A stretch of 64,000 nucleotides of DNA, from contig OZ024744.1 of the NCBI GenBank assembly GCA_964016885.1, positions 40,114,001-40,178,000 on the forward strand, given 5' to 3'. The position numbers were made by a program, and so were the translations under genes. Below are positions 24,549-37,291 of this stretch, one piece after another. The notes beneath the pieces are model-generated. The model saw nothing but the letters and a program-made list of their open reading frames with translations. It was not told the DNA's origin and ran no database searches. Every line of letters begins with the position of its first letter. Position 1 is the stretch's first letter. This DNA is from Eledone cirrhosa (Eukaryota).

Positions 24549-24792
24549 ATTAAAGGTGGAAAACTGGGAGAGGGCACTTGCCCTGGTGGTCAGGGCCACT
24601 GTGGTCTTTTAATGGGCTTTCTCCACAAATGTCCCTTGGAAGTCTCCCCCCTATTGGGGAATTTTTCTTTGTTATTTTATTTCAACCTCTGTTTTTTTTT
24701 ACACGCAGAAATGCCCATTTGTACCGTCCTGTATTGTCCTGTACTGTCCCTAATGTCTACTTTATGTGAACCCTTGTGGTTAATAAAGAAAA

Positions 24793-24847
<55 letters not shown>

Positions 24848-25600
24848 TCATCACTAATTAGTCTAGAAAACACGAGTGGTATAAGAATTTTCCCTGCAGC
24901 ACAGAGAAGAACTATTCTTCTATAATTTCTGCATGCATGCTGCTGGCTTTTGGTTTTGTATAAAAGAATTATTGTTGCATCTTTCCAATCCTTTGGTACT
25001 TTACCCTCCTGCCATATTTCTAGAATTAGTTCATGCAGGATTTCTCCTTGTCTTTCAACACCATATCTGAAAATACTTTTCTGTAACCTTACCCAAGTTA
25101 AATTTCTTGATGCTAATATAATAATAATAATGAAAATATTGTGTACAGTGCTCAGGTGCACTACAACTCATCAAAAGTGTATGTATAGTACATAGGGTAA
25201 TGTACAAACGTCAGGAAAATGAACAGAGCATGAGTCATGATATACACATGTGTGCATGTGTATGGGAGGGGGACATCAGGTGTAGTTTATATACTTCTTC
25301 AAGGCTAGGAGTGTCATTAAGAGAAAGGTTTGTGGGTCTCTGTTGAATATAGTTGATAACATATTGATTAAATTGAGAATCCCTATTTAATAAATCATTG
25401 AAATCTTATTAGCTATGCTTTCCATATCTGATAGTAGATTTGAGCCATCCCTGGATCTGAGTGAGGTTATCTTAGTAGATTTTAATCTGAAGGATAATTT
25501 CGTTCAACTTATAGAAATTCCTTTGAATTCCTTGTCAGCTGCTGACTGCGTATCTTATGCAAGTTTTGACCACCAATTCTCTTACATGTAACACAATTTA
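24848..25600 (-). pseudogene. Degenerate RTE (BovB-like) RT, 5' part; interrupted by a CR1 tail at ~25122-25290
   Basis: IWQEGKVPKDWKDATIILLYK..CRNYRRIVLL..GKIL; continues in frame into 16341 going leftward. Confidence 0.78.
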
Positions 25601-25694
25601 TGCTGGACATCAACTTTAACACTTTATACACACACACACACACATGCATGTGCATGCGCACACACACACACATGTTAATATTTGTTTATATATT

Positions 25695-26265
25695 ATGGCA
25701 TTTCAGTGGGCCTTAGAATGCTTGGCGGTGACCATATCCTCTCTAAGCTTCAAGTCCCTCACTAAGTTTAGCCTGCCAGCTGAAGCAGTTTCCAGGTTGT
25801 GGCTGAAAAAGTTTTCGAAACCAAAAGTGAGAGTCAGGTGTGAACCAATGTACCTGTCCATCCCTAAGAATGCTGCTGCTGGACATCAAAATATTTTCTT
25901 TACCTGAATATGTAGAATCCTATCATTTGAGCACAAGTGCTTCAGAAGGAGGCTATACATCCCATACACAGAGCACAAAACAAACAGCTTTGTCAGGCAA
26001 CATTTTAACAAATATGCTGGCAGACAGGAATCACTCCTTGTGATAGTGAAAAGACAGAAGCTTGCCTTGTATGGTTTGTATCCCACCACAACTTCTTATC
26101 CAAAATAGTCCTTCAGGGCACAGTCAGGGAAGGGTAAGGAAGAGGCAGATAAAGAAAATGCTGGTCTAACAACATCAACGACTGAACTGGTCACAATGCA
26201 GCGACCCTTCTACACATGACGGAGAATAGAGTGCAATGCGAAAGAATGACTGAAAAATTGTCTAG
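25695..26265 (+). mobile_element. Degenerate non-LTR retrotransposon 3' fragment (RTE-like)
   Basis: Broken frames resembling the RTE C-terminus (..KRQKLALYG.., ..QGTV.G.GRGR..K.W..NI). Confidence 0.45.
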
Positions 26266-26316
26266 AGTGGCACCCCAATGACTGGCCGCACCAGTTGCAT
26301 ATATATATATATATCT

Positions 26317-26507
26317 GAAGGTGCATGGCTTAGTGCATTGGGCTGGCAATCGAAAGGTTGTGAGTTCAATACTTGAACTGGGTGATGAGTTGTTTCCTTG
26401 AGCAAGACACTTTATTTCACATTGCTCCAGTTTACTCAGCTGTAGAAATGAGATGATAGGACTGGGGTCCCTATCATTCCACTGCAAAGTGGTCGTGGAG
26501 GTGCCAA
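26317..26507 (+). mobile_element. SINE-B head fused to an RTE body
   Basis: GCATGGCTTAGTG..GAGTTCAATAC..CCTTGAGCAAGACACTT..GGAGGTGCCA. Confidence 0.85.
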
Positions 26508-27649
26508 GAAACAGAACCCAGATCCCCTCAGGGAAATGGCCTTGCTCAGTATGTAGGAAAGGTGTAGGTAGGAACTCCATTCTCTGCCCCAAATACAAAC
26601 AATGGGTACACAAGAGATGTAGTGGGATCGCAGGAAGTTTAACTAAGAGTGTAGGCTTCACATGCAGCAGCTGTGCTGGGAAAGCAAGCAGCAAACAGCC
26701 ACAGGAAACAAGTACCACCAATCTCTGGGAAGGCTCTGTAGAAACAGTAGACAGCTTCTGCTACCTAGGTGACTGAATTAGCAGCGGAGGTGGGTGTTCA
26801 GAAAGTACAATAACTAGGGTAAGAACGGGATGGAAGAAGTTTAGGGAACTACTACCACTGCTAGCTGCAAAAGGCTTCTCCCTCAAAATGAAAGGCAGAC
26901 TGTATGATGTGTGTATACGAACAGCAATGTTACATGGTAGTGAGACCTGGGCGCTGAAGGTGGAAGACTCGCGTAGATTAGAAAGAAACGAAGTTTGCAT
27001 GGTCCGATGGATGTGTAATAGTAATATACGTGAACGGCAAAGCATAAACGAATTGAGAGAGAGACTGAGCATAAGCGGAATCAAATGTTGTGTGCAGGAG
27101 AGGCGGTTGCGCTGGTATGGACATGTGATGCGTATGAAGGATGACAGCTGCATAAAAAGGTGCAGAGCACTAGAAGTCAATGGAAACCGCGGAGTGGGGA
27201 GACCCAAGATGACCTGGGATGAGGTGATAAAAGCCGACCTTACCCAATTACACCCCTCAAAGGCGATGACACACGACTGTGACCTCTGGTGTCACGCAGT
27301 AATACAGAAGACCTGACCCCCCACGGGTACAAGCCGCAGCTGAAGCATATAGACAATATGCCCCCACACCCTCCCACTGCAAAGTGGTCGTGGAGGTGCC
27401 ACGGCAAAAAAGCACCCAGCACTCACTGTCAAGTGCATGTGTAGGCGCCACAGAAAAAAAGCACCCAGCACTCACTGTAAATGAGGTTGGTGTTAGGAAG
27501 GGCATCCAGCTGTAGAAATCAAGCCAGAATCAGTTCCCGTATGAGCAAGACAAGGTCAGCCGACCAGACACTGCCCACAACAGGACAACCCGTCTAACCC
27601 ATGCTAGCGTGGAAGAATGGATGTAAAATGGTGATGATGATGATGATGA
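26508..27649 (+). mobile_element. 5'-truncated RTE LINE with PHD-like finger
   Basis: WPCSVCRKGVGRNSILCPK, SFCYLG, RLRWYGHVMR; 3' UTR and (GAT)n tail. Confidence 0.92.
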
Positions 27650-27656
27650 TATATAT

Positions 27657-27840
27657 ATATTCAAATCATAAGGGATACAAAACCTCCATCGTGAAGAATA
27701 TATTAACTAAAGATAGTACGGTTCATAGGACTCAATTAAAAGGATAAATTAAGGTATATGAACCTACTATTATAACTGTGAACTATCTTTAGTTAATATA
27801 TTCTTCACCTTGGTGGTTTTATATCCCTTATGATTTGAAC

Positions 27841-27843
<3 letters not shown>
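27657..27843. repeat. Short fold-back element (~58-bp arms) in (TA)n
   Basis: TTCAAATCATAAGGGATA..AACTAAAGATAGT with its reverse complement at 27782-27839. Confidence 0.85.
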
Positions 27844-27875
<32 letters not shown>

Positions 27876-27985
27876 CATGTTCTTCTCTCTTTACTGTGTT
27901 ATAAAGGGCTCGGAATCTTTTCCTTTAACTAATTTGATTATAAGGGAGTATTGTTGTGAATTTTTAACTCAACATATTAATTTTG

Positions 27986-28017
<32 letters not shown>

Positions 28018-28022
28018 ACATA

Positions 28023-28175
28023 ACATGCTTCTGTAGTTTCTGTTTGTCAAATTCGACTCAATGCAATAATCAATGTGAGACTACAGTAGATGATACTTGG
28101 CCGTTACACAGCACAACTGAATCCAGAACCCTATGATTGTGAAGCAAACTCATTAACAACACAGCTATGCCTGCT
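28023..28175 (-). mobile_element. Old tRNA-derived SINE, third family
   Basis: rc begins GCAGGCATAGCTGTGTTG..TTTGCTTCACAATCATAGGGTTCTGGATTCAGT; related copy near 48440-48522. Confidence 0.55.
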
Positions 28176-28279
28176 CATGATAATAAAAATAAACAATATT
28201 CTACCAAAATTATTATTAGGGACAGGTGTTTTTTTTTTACAATTATATGACAAAAACAACTAAAAAAATATATTCTCTG

Positions 28280-28725
28280 TTAATCCTTTCATTATCATAT
28301 TTCTGATGATAGACACTGATGATGATTTTGAAAATAATTAAGAATTTTGGAGAATTTAGTAATATAACTAACTTTCCAATTATTATGGTGGTGGTTGGAG
28401 CTCCCTGATCCTGCCTGATCCTGCCTGAATCCCACTTGCAGTACTGATATGGAGGCTATTCATTTCTGATATAAAAAGGTCAGCGGTTGGATGAATTAGG
28501 AAACTATTTTCAGATAATGATACGAGTTGTCTCCGTCCTTAATCAGGAGATGGGGGCGGGTATCAATAATTTGTTCTGGTCTACAGGGATCAGGCAATTA
28601 AGAGTTAACAAAGGTTGTAATTGAAAATTATGGTAGAGTGTTTGGGATAAATATATATGTACTTTTTTTAAAAATTTTTATACATGCAAGGGTGATTTGA
28701 AGAAGTTTGGTATCAAAAGGATTAA
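28280..28725. mobile_element. TTAA-flanked MITE-like element (piggyBac-like ends)
   Basis: TTAATCCTTTC..GGTATCAAAAGGATTAA; related to 47836-48069. Confidence 0.5.
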
Positions 28726-28949
28726 TTAGAAAATACAACAGATTCTTGAAATTCCTGCAATAATAACAATAAGATCCATAATGGTAGAAGCAGTAAAGTG
28801 ACAGAAAAACTGTCTTGGTGTATTTAGTTACATTCCTTTACATTCTTAGCCTGGAACCTGACAAGGGTGACACTGCATTTCGAGCTTCAGAAATTGATAC
28901 ATATATATACACACACACATACACACACATATATGTGTGTGTATGTATG

Positions 28950-29057
28950 TAAAAAGGTAAACAGAAATAACAACACAATCGGTACAGTATATGGAAGGGA
29001 TATATTAGGTTAACGCTTGAAATAACAGGAACAGGGTCTTAACGTTTCAGACGCTAT
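28950..29057 (-). mobile_element. PLE pLTR fragment (family of 13870)
   Basis: AAAAGGTAAACAGAAATAACAA..GGGTCTTAACGTTTC. Confidence 0.6.
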
Positions 29058-29062
29058 GTATA

Positions 29063-31700
29063 TCATCATCATCATCATCGTTTTACGTCCGTTCTTCCAT
29101 GCTAGCATGGGTTAGACAGGTTGTCCTGTTGTGGGTAGTGTCTGGTCGGCTGACCTTGCCTTGCTCATACAGGAACTGATTTTGGCCTGATTTCTACAGC
29201 TGGATGCCCTTCCTAACACCAATATGATATATATATATATATACCCCATCCACACTACCCCTTTCGATATAAAGTTATGTTGGTACCACAACATCCAGTC
29301 CGAAATAAATGAGGTCGTGTAGGTGTCACGACAAAAAAACACACAGTCCACGCTGTAATGTGGCCGTGTAGGTAACACAGTAAAAACCTCCCAGTCCCAC
29401 ACTGTAAACGTGGTTGGTGTTAGGAAGGGCATCCAGCCGTAGAAAACCCGCCAGACAGTCCTATGCGAGCAAGATAACCAATCTTGCCTCAAGTGGGAAA
29501 ATTCCCGTCCAAACCCATGCAAGCGTGGAAGGGACGTTAAACGATGATGATAATGATGATCACCATCACCACCACCATTACCATCATAAGCACCAACCCC
29601 ACCACCACAACCACCACTACCACAACCACCACCACCATCATCATCATCATCTTCAACATCATCATCACCACCGTTTTACATCCATTTTTCCATGATAACA
29701 TGGGTTTGATGAGTTTTCCCATTGTGAGACAAGTCAGATCAGGTGTCCATGTCTTGCTCATACAGAACTGATTTTATTATGATTTCTACAGCTGGATGCC
29801 CTTCCTAACGCCAACCACTTTTATAATGTGGACTAGGTACTTTTTCATCATGTCACCAGCATGACAACTTTACTGAGTGGATCAGGTGATTTTTGTCATG
29901 TCAACAACATGACCACTTTACAAGGTGGACCAGGGCTTTTTGTTGTATCTCCATCACAATCACTTTACAGGATACATGATCACCGTTTTACAGCCGTTCT
30001 TCCACGCTAGCATGGGTTAGACGGGTTGTCCTTTTGTAGGCAGTGTTCGGTCGGCTGACCTTGTTTGCTCATACGAGAACTGATTCTGGCTTGATCTGGA
30101 TGCCCTTCCTAACACCAACTTCATTTACAGTGAGTGCTGGGTGCTCTTTTTCCATGGCGCCAACACGTCCACTTTACAGTGTGGGCTGGGTGCTTTTTTG
30201 CCGTGGCACCTCCACGACCACTTTGCAGTGGAAAGGTGTGGGGGAATATTGTCTATATGCTTCAGCTGCGGCTTGTACCCGTGGGGGAGGGGGGGGGGTC
30301 GGGTCTTCTGTATTACTGCATGACACCAGAGATCCCAGTCGTGTGTCATCACCTTTGAGGAGTGTAATTGAGTAAGGTCAGCTTTTATCACCTCATCCCA
30401 GGTCTTCTTGGGTCTCCCCACTCCGCAGTTTCCATCGACTTCTAGTGCTCTGCACCTTTTTATGCAGCTGTCATCCTTCATACGCATCACATGTCCATAC
30501 CAACGAAACCTCCTCTCCTGCACACACATTTGATTCCTCTTATGCTCAGTCTCTCTCAATTCGTTTATGATTTGCCGTTCGCATATATTACTATTTCACA
30601 TCCATCGGAGCATGCAGGATTCGTTTCTTTCTAATCTATGCGAGTCTTCCACATTCAGCGCCCAGGTCTCACTACCATGTAACATTGCTGTTCGTATACA
30701 CACATCATACACTCTGCCTTTCATTTTGAAGGAAAAGCCTTCTGCAGCTGGCAGTGACAGTAGCTCCCTGAACTTCTTCCATCCCATTCTTACCCTAGTT
30801 ATTGTACTTTATGAACACCCACCTCCGCTGCTATTTCGGTCACATAGGTAGCAGAAGCTGTCTACTGTTTCTACACAGCCCTCCCAGAGATTGGTGGTAC
30901 TTGTTTCCCGTGGCTGTTTGCTGCTTGCTGTCCCAGCACAGCTGCTACATGTGAAGCCTACATTCTTAGTTACGCTTTCTGAGATCCCACTACATCTCTT
31001 GTGTACCCATTGTTTGCATTTGGGGCAGAGGATGGAGTTCCTACCTACACCTTTCCTACATACTGAGCAAGGCCATTTCCCTGAGGGGATCTGGGTTCTG
31101 GGTTCTGTTTTCTCGTCTACTTACAAGGACCTTAGTCTTTGTGATGTTGACTTTGAGACCCTTTCTTTCTAGTCCCTGCTTCCAAGTTTGGAATTTCTTC
31201 TCTAGTTCTACCATATGTTCTTCTTTCTCTACTGTGTCATCATCATCATCATCATCATCGTCTAACGTCCATCTTCCACGCTAGCATGGGTTTGGACGGG
31301 AATTTTCCCACTTGAGGCAAGATTGGTTGTCTTGCTCGTATAGGACTGTCTGGCGGGTTTTCTTCGGCTGGATGCCCTTCCTAACACCAACCACGTTTAC
31401 AGTGTGGACTGGGAGGTTTTTACCGTGTTACCTACACGGCCACATTACAGCATGGACTGTGTGTTTTTTTGTCGTGACACCTACACGACATCATTTGTTT
31501 CAGACTGGATGTTGTGGTACCAACATAACTTTACATAGGAAGGGGTGGTGTGGATGGGGTGGGAGCAGTGGGACGGGGGTGTATTTTTGTTAGAGGTGCC
31601 TACTGACTGTAGGTTTCGCTTTGTAATTAGGCAAGGCGGGTCTTCTGTCTTACTGTGTAGCGCCAAAGATCTCGGTCCAGTGACATTGTCTTGGAGTGTA
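29063..31700. mobile_element. Cluster of RTE 3' fragments: 29063-29220(-), 29243-29552(+), 29660-29970(-), 29980-31215(-), 31237-31700(-)
   Basis: Match the 3' UTRs at 10630-11048 and 27300-27649; ORFs 30125-30559 and 30596-30787 are RTE C-terminus. Confidence 0.88.
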
Positions 31701-31732
31701 TATATCAGACATGACACCCTTAATTTAATTTT

Positions 31733-31786
<54 letters not shown>

Positions 31787-31959
31787 TGTTATACTTGGGG
31801 GGGGGGGGGTCATATTGTTATAATATTGCCAGAAATAATAACAGAACATACTCACTGTTTGTTTGGTTTTCACGTCTGTATCTTTTATATCTCCATAGTT
31901 AATTTATCTGGCAATCAATGTCTATCATTGATTGACCAACGGTTAAAAATATAGATATA

Positions 31960-31995
<36 letters not shown>

Positions 31996-32445
31996 ATCAA
32001 AGTTCTTTCATCACACCTCTGTGACATCATCAGTGGTACTATCATGTTTCCTCCCATTGTATTGTAATGCCTACGCCATTTTTATTTAATTTATTTAATT
32101 CTTCTTGTCTCTGTCTTTGTTTGCACATGCATTTGCTTGTGTGTTTCCTGTTTGGTGTGTGCGTTTGTGTTTGAGTGTATGTGGTTTTGTATTCTATCTT
32201 TGTTCACTAGTGTGTGTTTATGTGCTTGTTGTTATTGTACTTGTGTATATATATATATATTTATTTATTTATTTATATTTCCCTTAGGTCAGTATTGTTT
32301 GTTTGGGTATGGTTGTTGTTGTTATTCCATTCGTTCTTTCTGTTCAAAGATACAGAAGCGAAAGCTAACCCAAACCAAACAGTGAGTGTGTTCTATATTA
32401 TTTCTGGCAATATTATAACAATATGACCGTCCCCAAATATAACAA
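31787..32445. mobile_element. PLE-like fold-back with ~100-bp inverted arms (31787-31885, 32346-32445) and an internal hammerhead-like core at 31995-32038(-)
   Basis: GTCATATTGTTATAATATTGCCAGAAATAATA and its reverse complement; rc tacca CTGATGA tgtcac..gtgat GAAAG aa CTT tgata. Confidence 0.6.
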
Positions 32446-32575
32446 TGTTTGTTTCAACACACGATTTTGTATCATAAATCTTGCAAAACAAATATATATA
32501 TATATCAGTTCCCGTCCCACCCTTGCAAGCAGGGAAAAAGCGGACGTAAAATGAAATGAAAATGAAAATGAAATG

Positions 32576-32609
<34 letters not shown>

Positions 32610-33511
32610 ACTAGAAATTGATTAACATATAAATAAACATGAATAATCACAGGAGATAATATTTACAAGTGTGTAAGCACACATAGCTAGGTAGGTAACT
32701 AAATAAAGTTAACCAGAACTTCAAAAATAGATACCTTATAATATGATTAATCTTCCCTGTATATATTCCATTAAAGAAATATATTTCACCAATTAATTGA
32801 ATGGTAAACCATGGAGGCCGGTACTTGGATTTTCAACAAGGAAGAAGTCCAGCGATCTATGTTTACACTTCAAGTTCAAATCAGCGACTGGCCAGCAACA
32901 TGTGCTGTATCTACTAGAAATACACACATCATACCAGCTTCGTCACAGTGGCGTGAATAGGGTTATCGACAACTAGAAACATCAGTCAAATCCTTTCAAC
33001 AGAGTTAGCTCTACAATTAAGGAGCCGTATTTATATATCTATATCCAAAATTAAGATAATCAAAATTATGGGTGTCATGCCAGAAAGACATGCACCATAT
33101 CACCCACAAAATAAGCTCTAAGATTCTAACGAATAGGTCCGAGCATTTTATAATAACTAGAAATATAAGCTTATGCTGTATTTAGTCTGATAGTGGGAGT
33201 TTTAAAACCCTCTGAATGGAAAAAGGATGAGTATTGATATACATGTATGTCAATATGTATTAATTCAGGGTCTGTTCCGAGTTGTGAGGCAGGCTTGTTT
33301 TTGTCAGACAAAATCCTACTGGTATGGTATCAATCCCATGGTGGTAAAATCATATCCACATTTGGAACAATCAAAACTCTGTAGGATCTGACAAATTCTT
33401 TGAAGCATCCACATTATCCTTCTCTTCCTGACATCCTATACCGTATACTGACTGAATTTTACCATTATGGTTCTTGGTTTCTAGGTATTTACATAAATGG
33501 TTACTGCTCAA

Positions 33512-34312
33512 ACCATACACTATACCTCACCTGATATCACCATATACTACATCTCACCTGATATCACCATACACTACATCTCACCTGATATCACCATACA
33601 CTACATCTCACCTGATATCACAATACACTATATCTCACCTGATATCACCATACTACACCTCACCTGATATCACCATACACTACATCTCACCTGATATCAC
33701 AATACACTACATCTCACTTGATATCACCATACTACACCTCACCTGATATCACCATACTACACCTCACCTGATATCACGATACACTACATCTCACCTGATA
33801 TCACGATACACTACATCTCACCTGATATCACAATACACTACATCTCACCTGATATCACCATACACTACACCTCACCTGATATCACCATACTATACCTCAC
33901 CTGATATCATGATACACTACATCTCACCTGATATCACCATACACTACACCTCACCTGATATCACCATACTACCCCTCACCTGATATCACCATACTACACC
34001 TCACCTGTTATCACCATACTACACCGCACCTGATATCACCATACTACACCGCACCTGATATCACCATACTACCCCTCACCTGATATCACCATACTACACC
34101 TCACTTGATATCACCATACTACACCGCACCTGATATCACCATACACTACACCTCACCTGATATCACTATACTACCCCTCACCTGATATCACCATACTACA
34201 CCTCACCTGATATCACCATACTACACCGCACCTGATATCACCATACACTACAGCTCACCTGATATCACCATACTACATCTCACCTGATATCCCCATGCAC
34301 TACTTCACCATA
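33512..34312. repeat. 24/26-bp minisatellite, ~30 copies
   Basis: Unit CACCTGATATCACCATAC(AC)TACAYCT. Confidence 0.95.
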
Positions 34313-34944
34313 CACTTTCCAAGCACTCCAGCAAACGTCCACAGACTCATGTCCCACGTGACCAGAAGAGTCAGTACGGCTGGCCTGTGAATCAACGTAT
34401 GTCAGACAGTTATTACTTATAAATACTAGTTATGTTAATGATTCTAAAGATAGAGTAGTGTAAAGCTGAGACGTAAAAATACAAAATAAAACTAAATTAA
34501 ACTAGATTAGATCACTATCTAGCATTGATCGATATTATATTCCTAGGGTGTGTGAAATAGTTCTGAACTACATTGTACAAAGGCGTGCGATTTCCCAGTC
34601 TACCCAAGGCTCAAGGGCCTACCAATCATTCTGAGTATTTTCTTCTTCTGAAAGAGAGGGAAATTTATATTTCCAAGCACTCCAAGAAGGTGGACAGACC
34701 CAGGTGCTGTGAGTGCAAGTAGGAAAGCCATCACAGCCAGTCGGCTTTCCAACGTATACCAAATGATTATTAGTTATTCATATCAGTGATGTCAATAATA
34801 GAGTTGTAGCTTAAATGTAGTAAAATTTAATGAAATAGGTAAAGAAACATTAGTGCAGACATTCTATCTTGAAGATAGTGTGTTTTGCATTTGTGGAGAT
34901 AAGTATAGTTAAAAGTAAACAATGGAAAACCGCACTATTGTATT

Positions 34945-35125
34945 TGACTAGTATCGGTAGAGAGTCGGACGCCATGCTTTGACCCATTGAGTTACGGCCC
35001 TTGCCATTCTGAGTTCAAATCCCGCCAAGGTTAACTTTGCTTTTCATCTTTACGGGGTTGATAAAATAAAGTACCAGTGATACACTGGGTAATTGGTGGC
35101 CTTGTGCCAAAAGTAGAAACATTAT
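34945..35125 (+). mobile_element. SINE-A
   Basis: Matches the family consensus. Confidence 0.88.
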
Positions 35126-36955
35126 TTTCTTTAGTGCTCATTGCATCTGACGACATGAAAGCTGAAGCTGAGTTACAGGCCATAGTATTAATTTTAACTT
35201 TGATACCATTATCAGTAAGTCAATTGAACAGTTCTGTACACTCATAAGATGGTAGTAGCACCTGTCCACTACACAACATAACATAAATTGAATGAATCAG
35301 TTCTATGGAAGCCTATAAAAATCTTTCCATCGACCACCTGAATGCACTACACTTCTCAACATTTCTCAAACAACTTTCCTATATAGTTTATTTTAATACA
35401 TCATTATCATCATCATCGTTTAATGTCCATTTTCCATGTTAGCATGGGTATGACAGGCTGACTCTTTGGGAAAGAATCAGGTCAGAGGACTGTGTTTCGC
35501 TCACCCAGGGCTGATTTTGGCTTGGTTTCTACAGCTGGATGCCCTTCAATACAATCTTCATTAAAATCTTCAATTGTCTGATTTTGGAAAATGTCTGAAG
35601 TACTTAGTTTTATATATATGAAAATGATGTCATTTTTTTGTCTGGTGAGATTCGATATTATGTGAGATAATTATGTGAGGTAAAGCTTTTACTATGAAAA
35701 TATAATAGTAAATATAGAGTTATGTAAATGTTAAAGGGTTAAGGACACAATGTCTATATTTTTTTGTATTTCTGTTGTGTGAATGTTATATTGAAACTGT
35801 TGAATTGCAAGGGAAGTGGTAGCTTGAGAAAATAGATGGAGAAATTAACAAAGATTTTATGGAAATCTCAAAGAACTGTAACTTTTCTTTCAATCGGAAA
35901 CTGATAACATTTAAGGAGAAATGAAGCTGCAGTACATTTTATAAAAATCATAATTTTGTATAAGAAACTTTATTACATTCCAAACCCCAGCTTAATGAGA
36001 AAATTAGTTTATTAGTAAACCACCATTTATTCGATAATACACAAATGTTTATTTTAAAGTGATTATATTTATCTAAAAACCTTCACTCTTAATTTTATAA
36101 CAGAAACTTTGTTAAGCTTCATGATTAAGAAACTTAATTATATTACTAAATTTCTCACAATGCTTGATCCCCCCCCCCCCCCATCCTCCCCTTCTTCTTC
36201 TTCAAATTCATGTATATTATCCAACTATCTTGCTCGCGGTCAGAGATATTGTAGCCACATGCCCATAGTATTGGAGCTGTGATCGCTCATTTCAGAGATT
36301 ATTTTCAACATTTTTTGAAAATTATAGACAGTGTCTTTCAATAGAAATATGGTCACAAAAGGGTTGAAATGTCTGTTTGACAGCTAAATTACATGTAAAT
36401 CACAAAAGTGTGATTTCTTTAATAAATAACATAAATGTTCCCTTCACCCACTAGGCTTTTACAATGAACAATTTCCATTCCATAAACCAACAGAATTGGC
36501 CTCCATCTATTAAATTCTATTTACTTCCCTGCTTGAAACATCATCTAGGCTGTGTGAAGGCTGTTTTGTGTGTGTGTGTGTATGTATGTGTTTGTGTATG
36601 TGTTTGTGTGTATGTTTGCGTGTATGTTTGTGTGTGTTGGTGTGTCTGTTTGTATGTGCGCACGTGTGTGTTTATGCATGTGTGCATGTGTTTGCGCGCA
36701 TGTGTTTGCGCGCATGTGTGTGTGTGCGTGTTTGCACGCATGTGTTTGCGCGCATGTGTGTGTGTGCGTGTTTGTGTGTGTGTTTGTGTGTAGAAATAAC
36801 AAACATCTTGGGGACATCTTTTATTATCGTTAACACAGCCACACACACACAGAACCATTAATATTTTTCAGTTTTGTATGTTGTCAAGATGTTTAACACT
36901 TTCATTACAATATTTCTAATGAGTGGCACTACATATGTGTTTCAAATAATTATTA

Positions 36956-37291
36956 GAGGCACATCGCTTAGTGGTTAGAGCATTGGCCTTGCAATCGAAA
37001 GGTTGTGAATTCAATTCTCAGACTGGGTGACGTGTTGTTTCCTTGAGCAAGACACTTTATTTCACATTGCTCCAGTTTACTCAGCTGTAAAAATGAGATG
37101 ATAGGGACTGGGGTCCCTATCATTCCACTGCAAAGTGGTCGTGGAGGAGCCATGGCAAAAAAGCACCCAGCACTCACTGTAAATGAGGTTGGTGTTAGGA
37201 AGGGCATCCAGCTGTAGAAATCAAGCCAGAATCAGTTCCCGTCCCACCCTTGCAAGCAGGGAAAAGCGGACGTAAAATGATTATGATTATG
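36956..37291 (+). mobile_element. SINE-B, full length
   Basis: tRNA head, CORE-like domain, RTE tail. Confidence 0.92.

Larger units (their letters stand above)
18904..24793 (+). mobile_element. L1/Tx1-type copy 2, full length (~5.9 kb) with frameshifts
   Basis: ORF1 remnants plus ORF2; flanked by (ATT)n on both sides; AATAAA just before the 3' end. Confidence 0.95.

Noticed and set aside
33512-34312. CRISPR-like periodic repeats
   Set aside because: No unique spacers, no cas genes, eukaryotic context
36956-37030. tRNA genes at SINE heads
   Set aside because: A/B boxes only, with no complete cloverleaf, and always joined to SINE bodies
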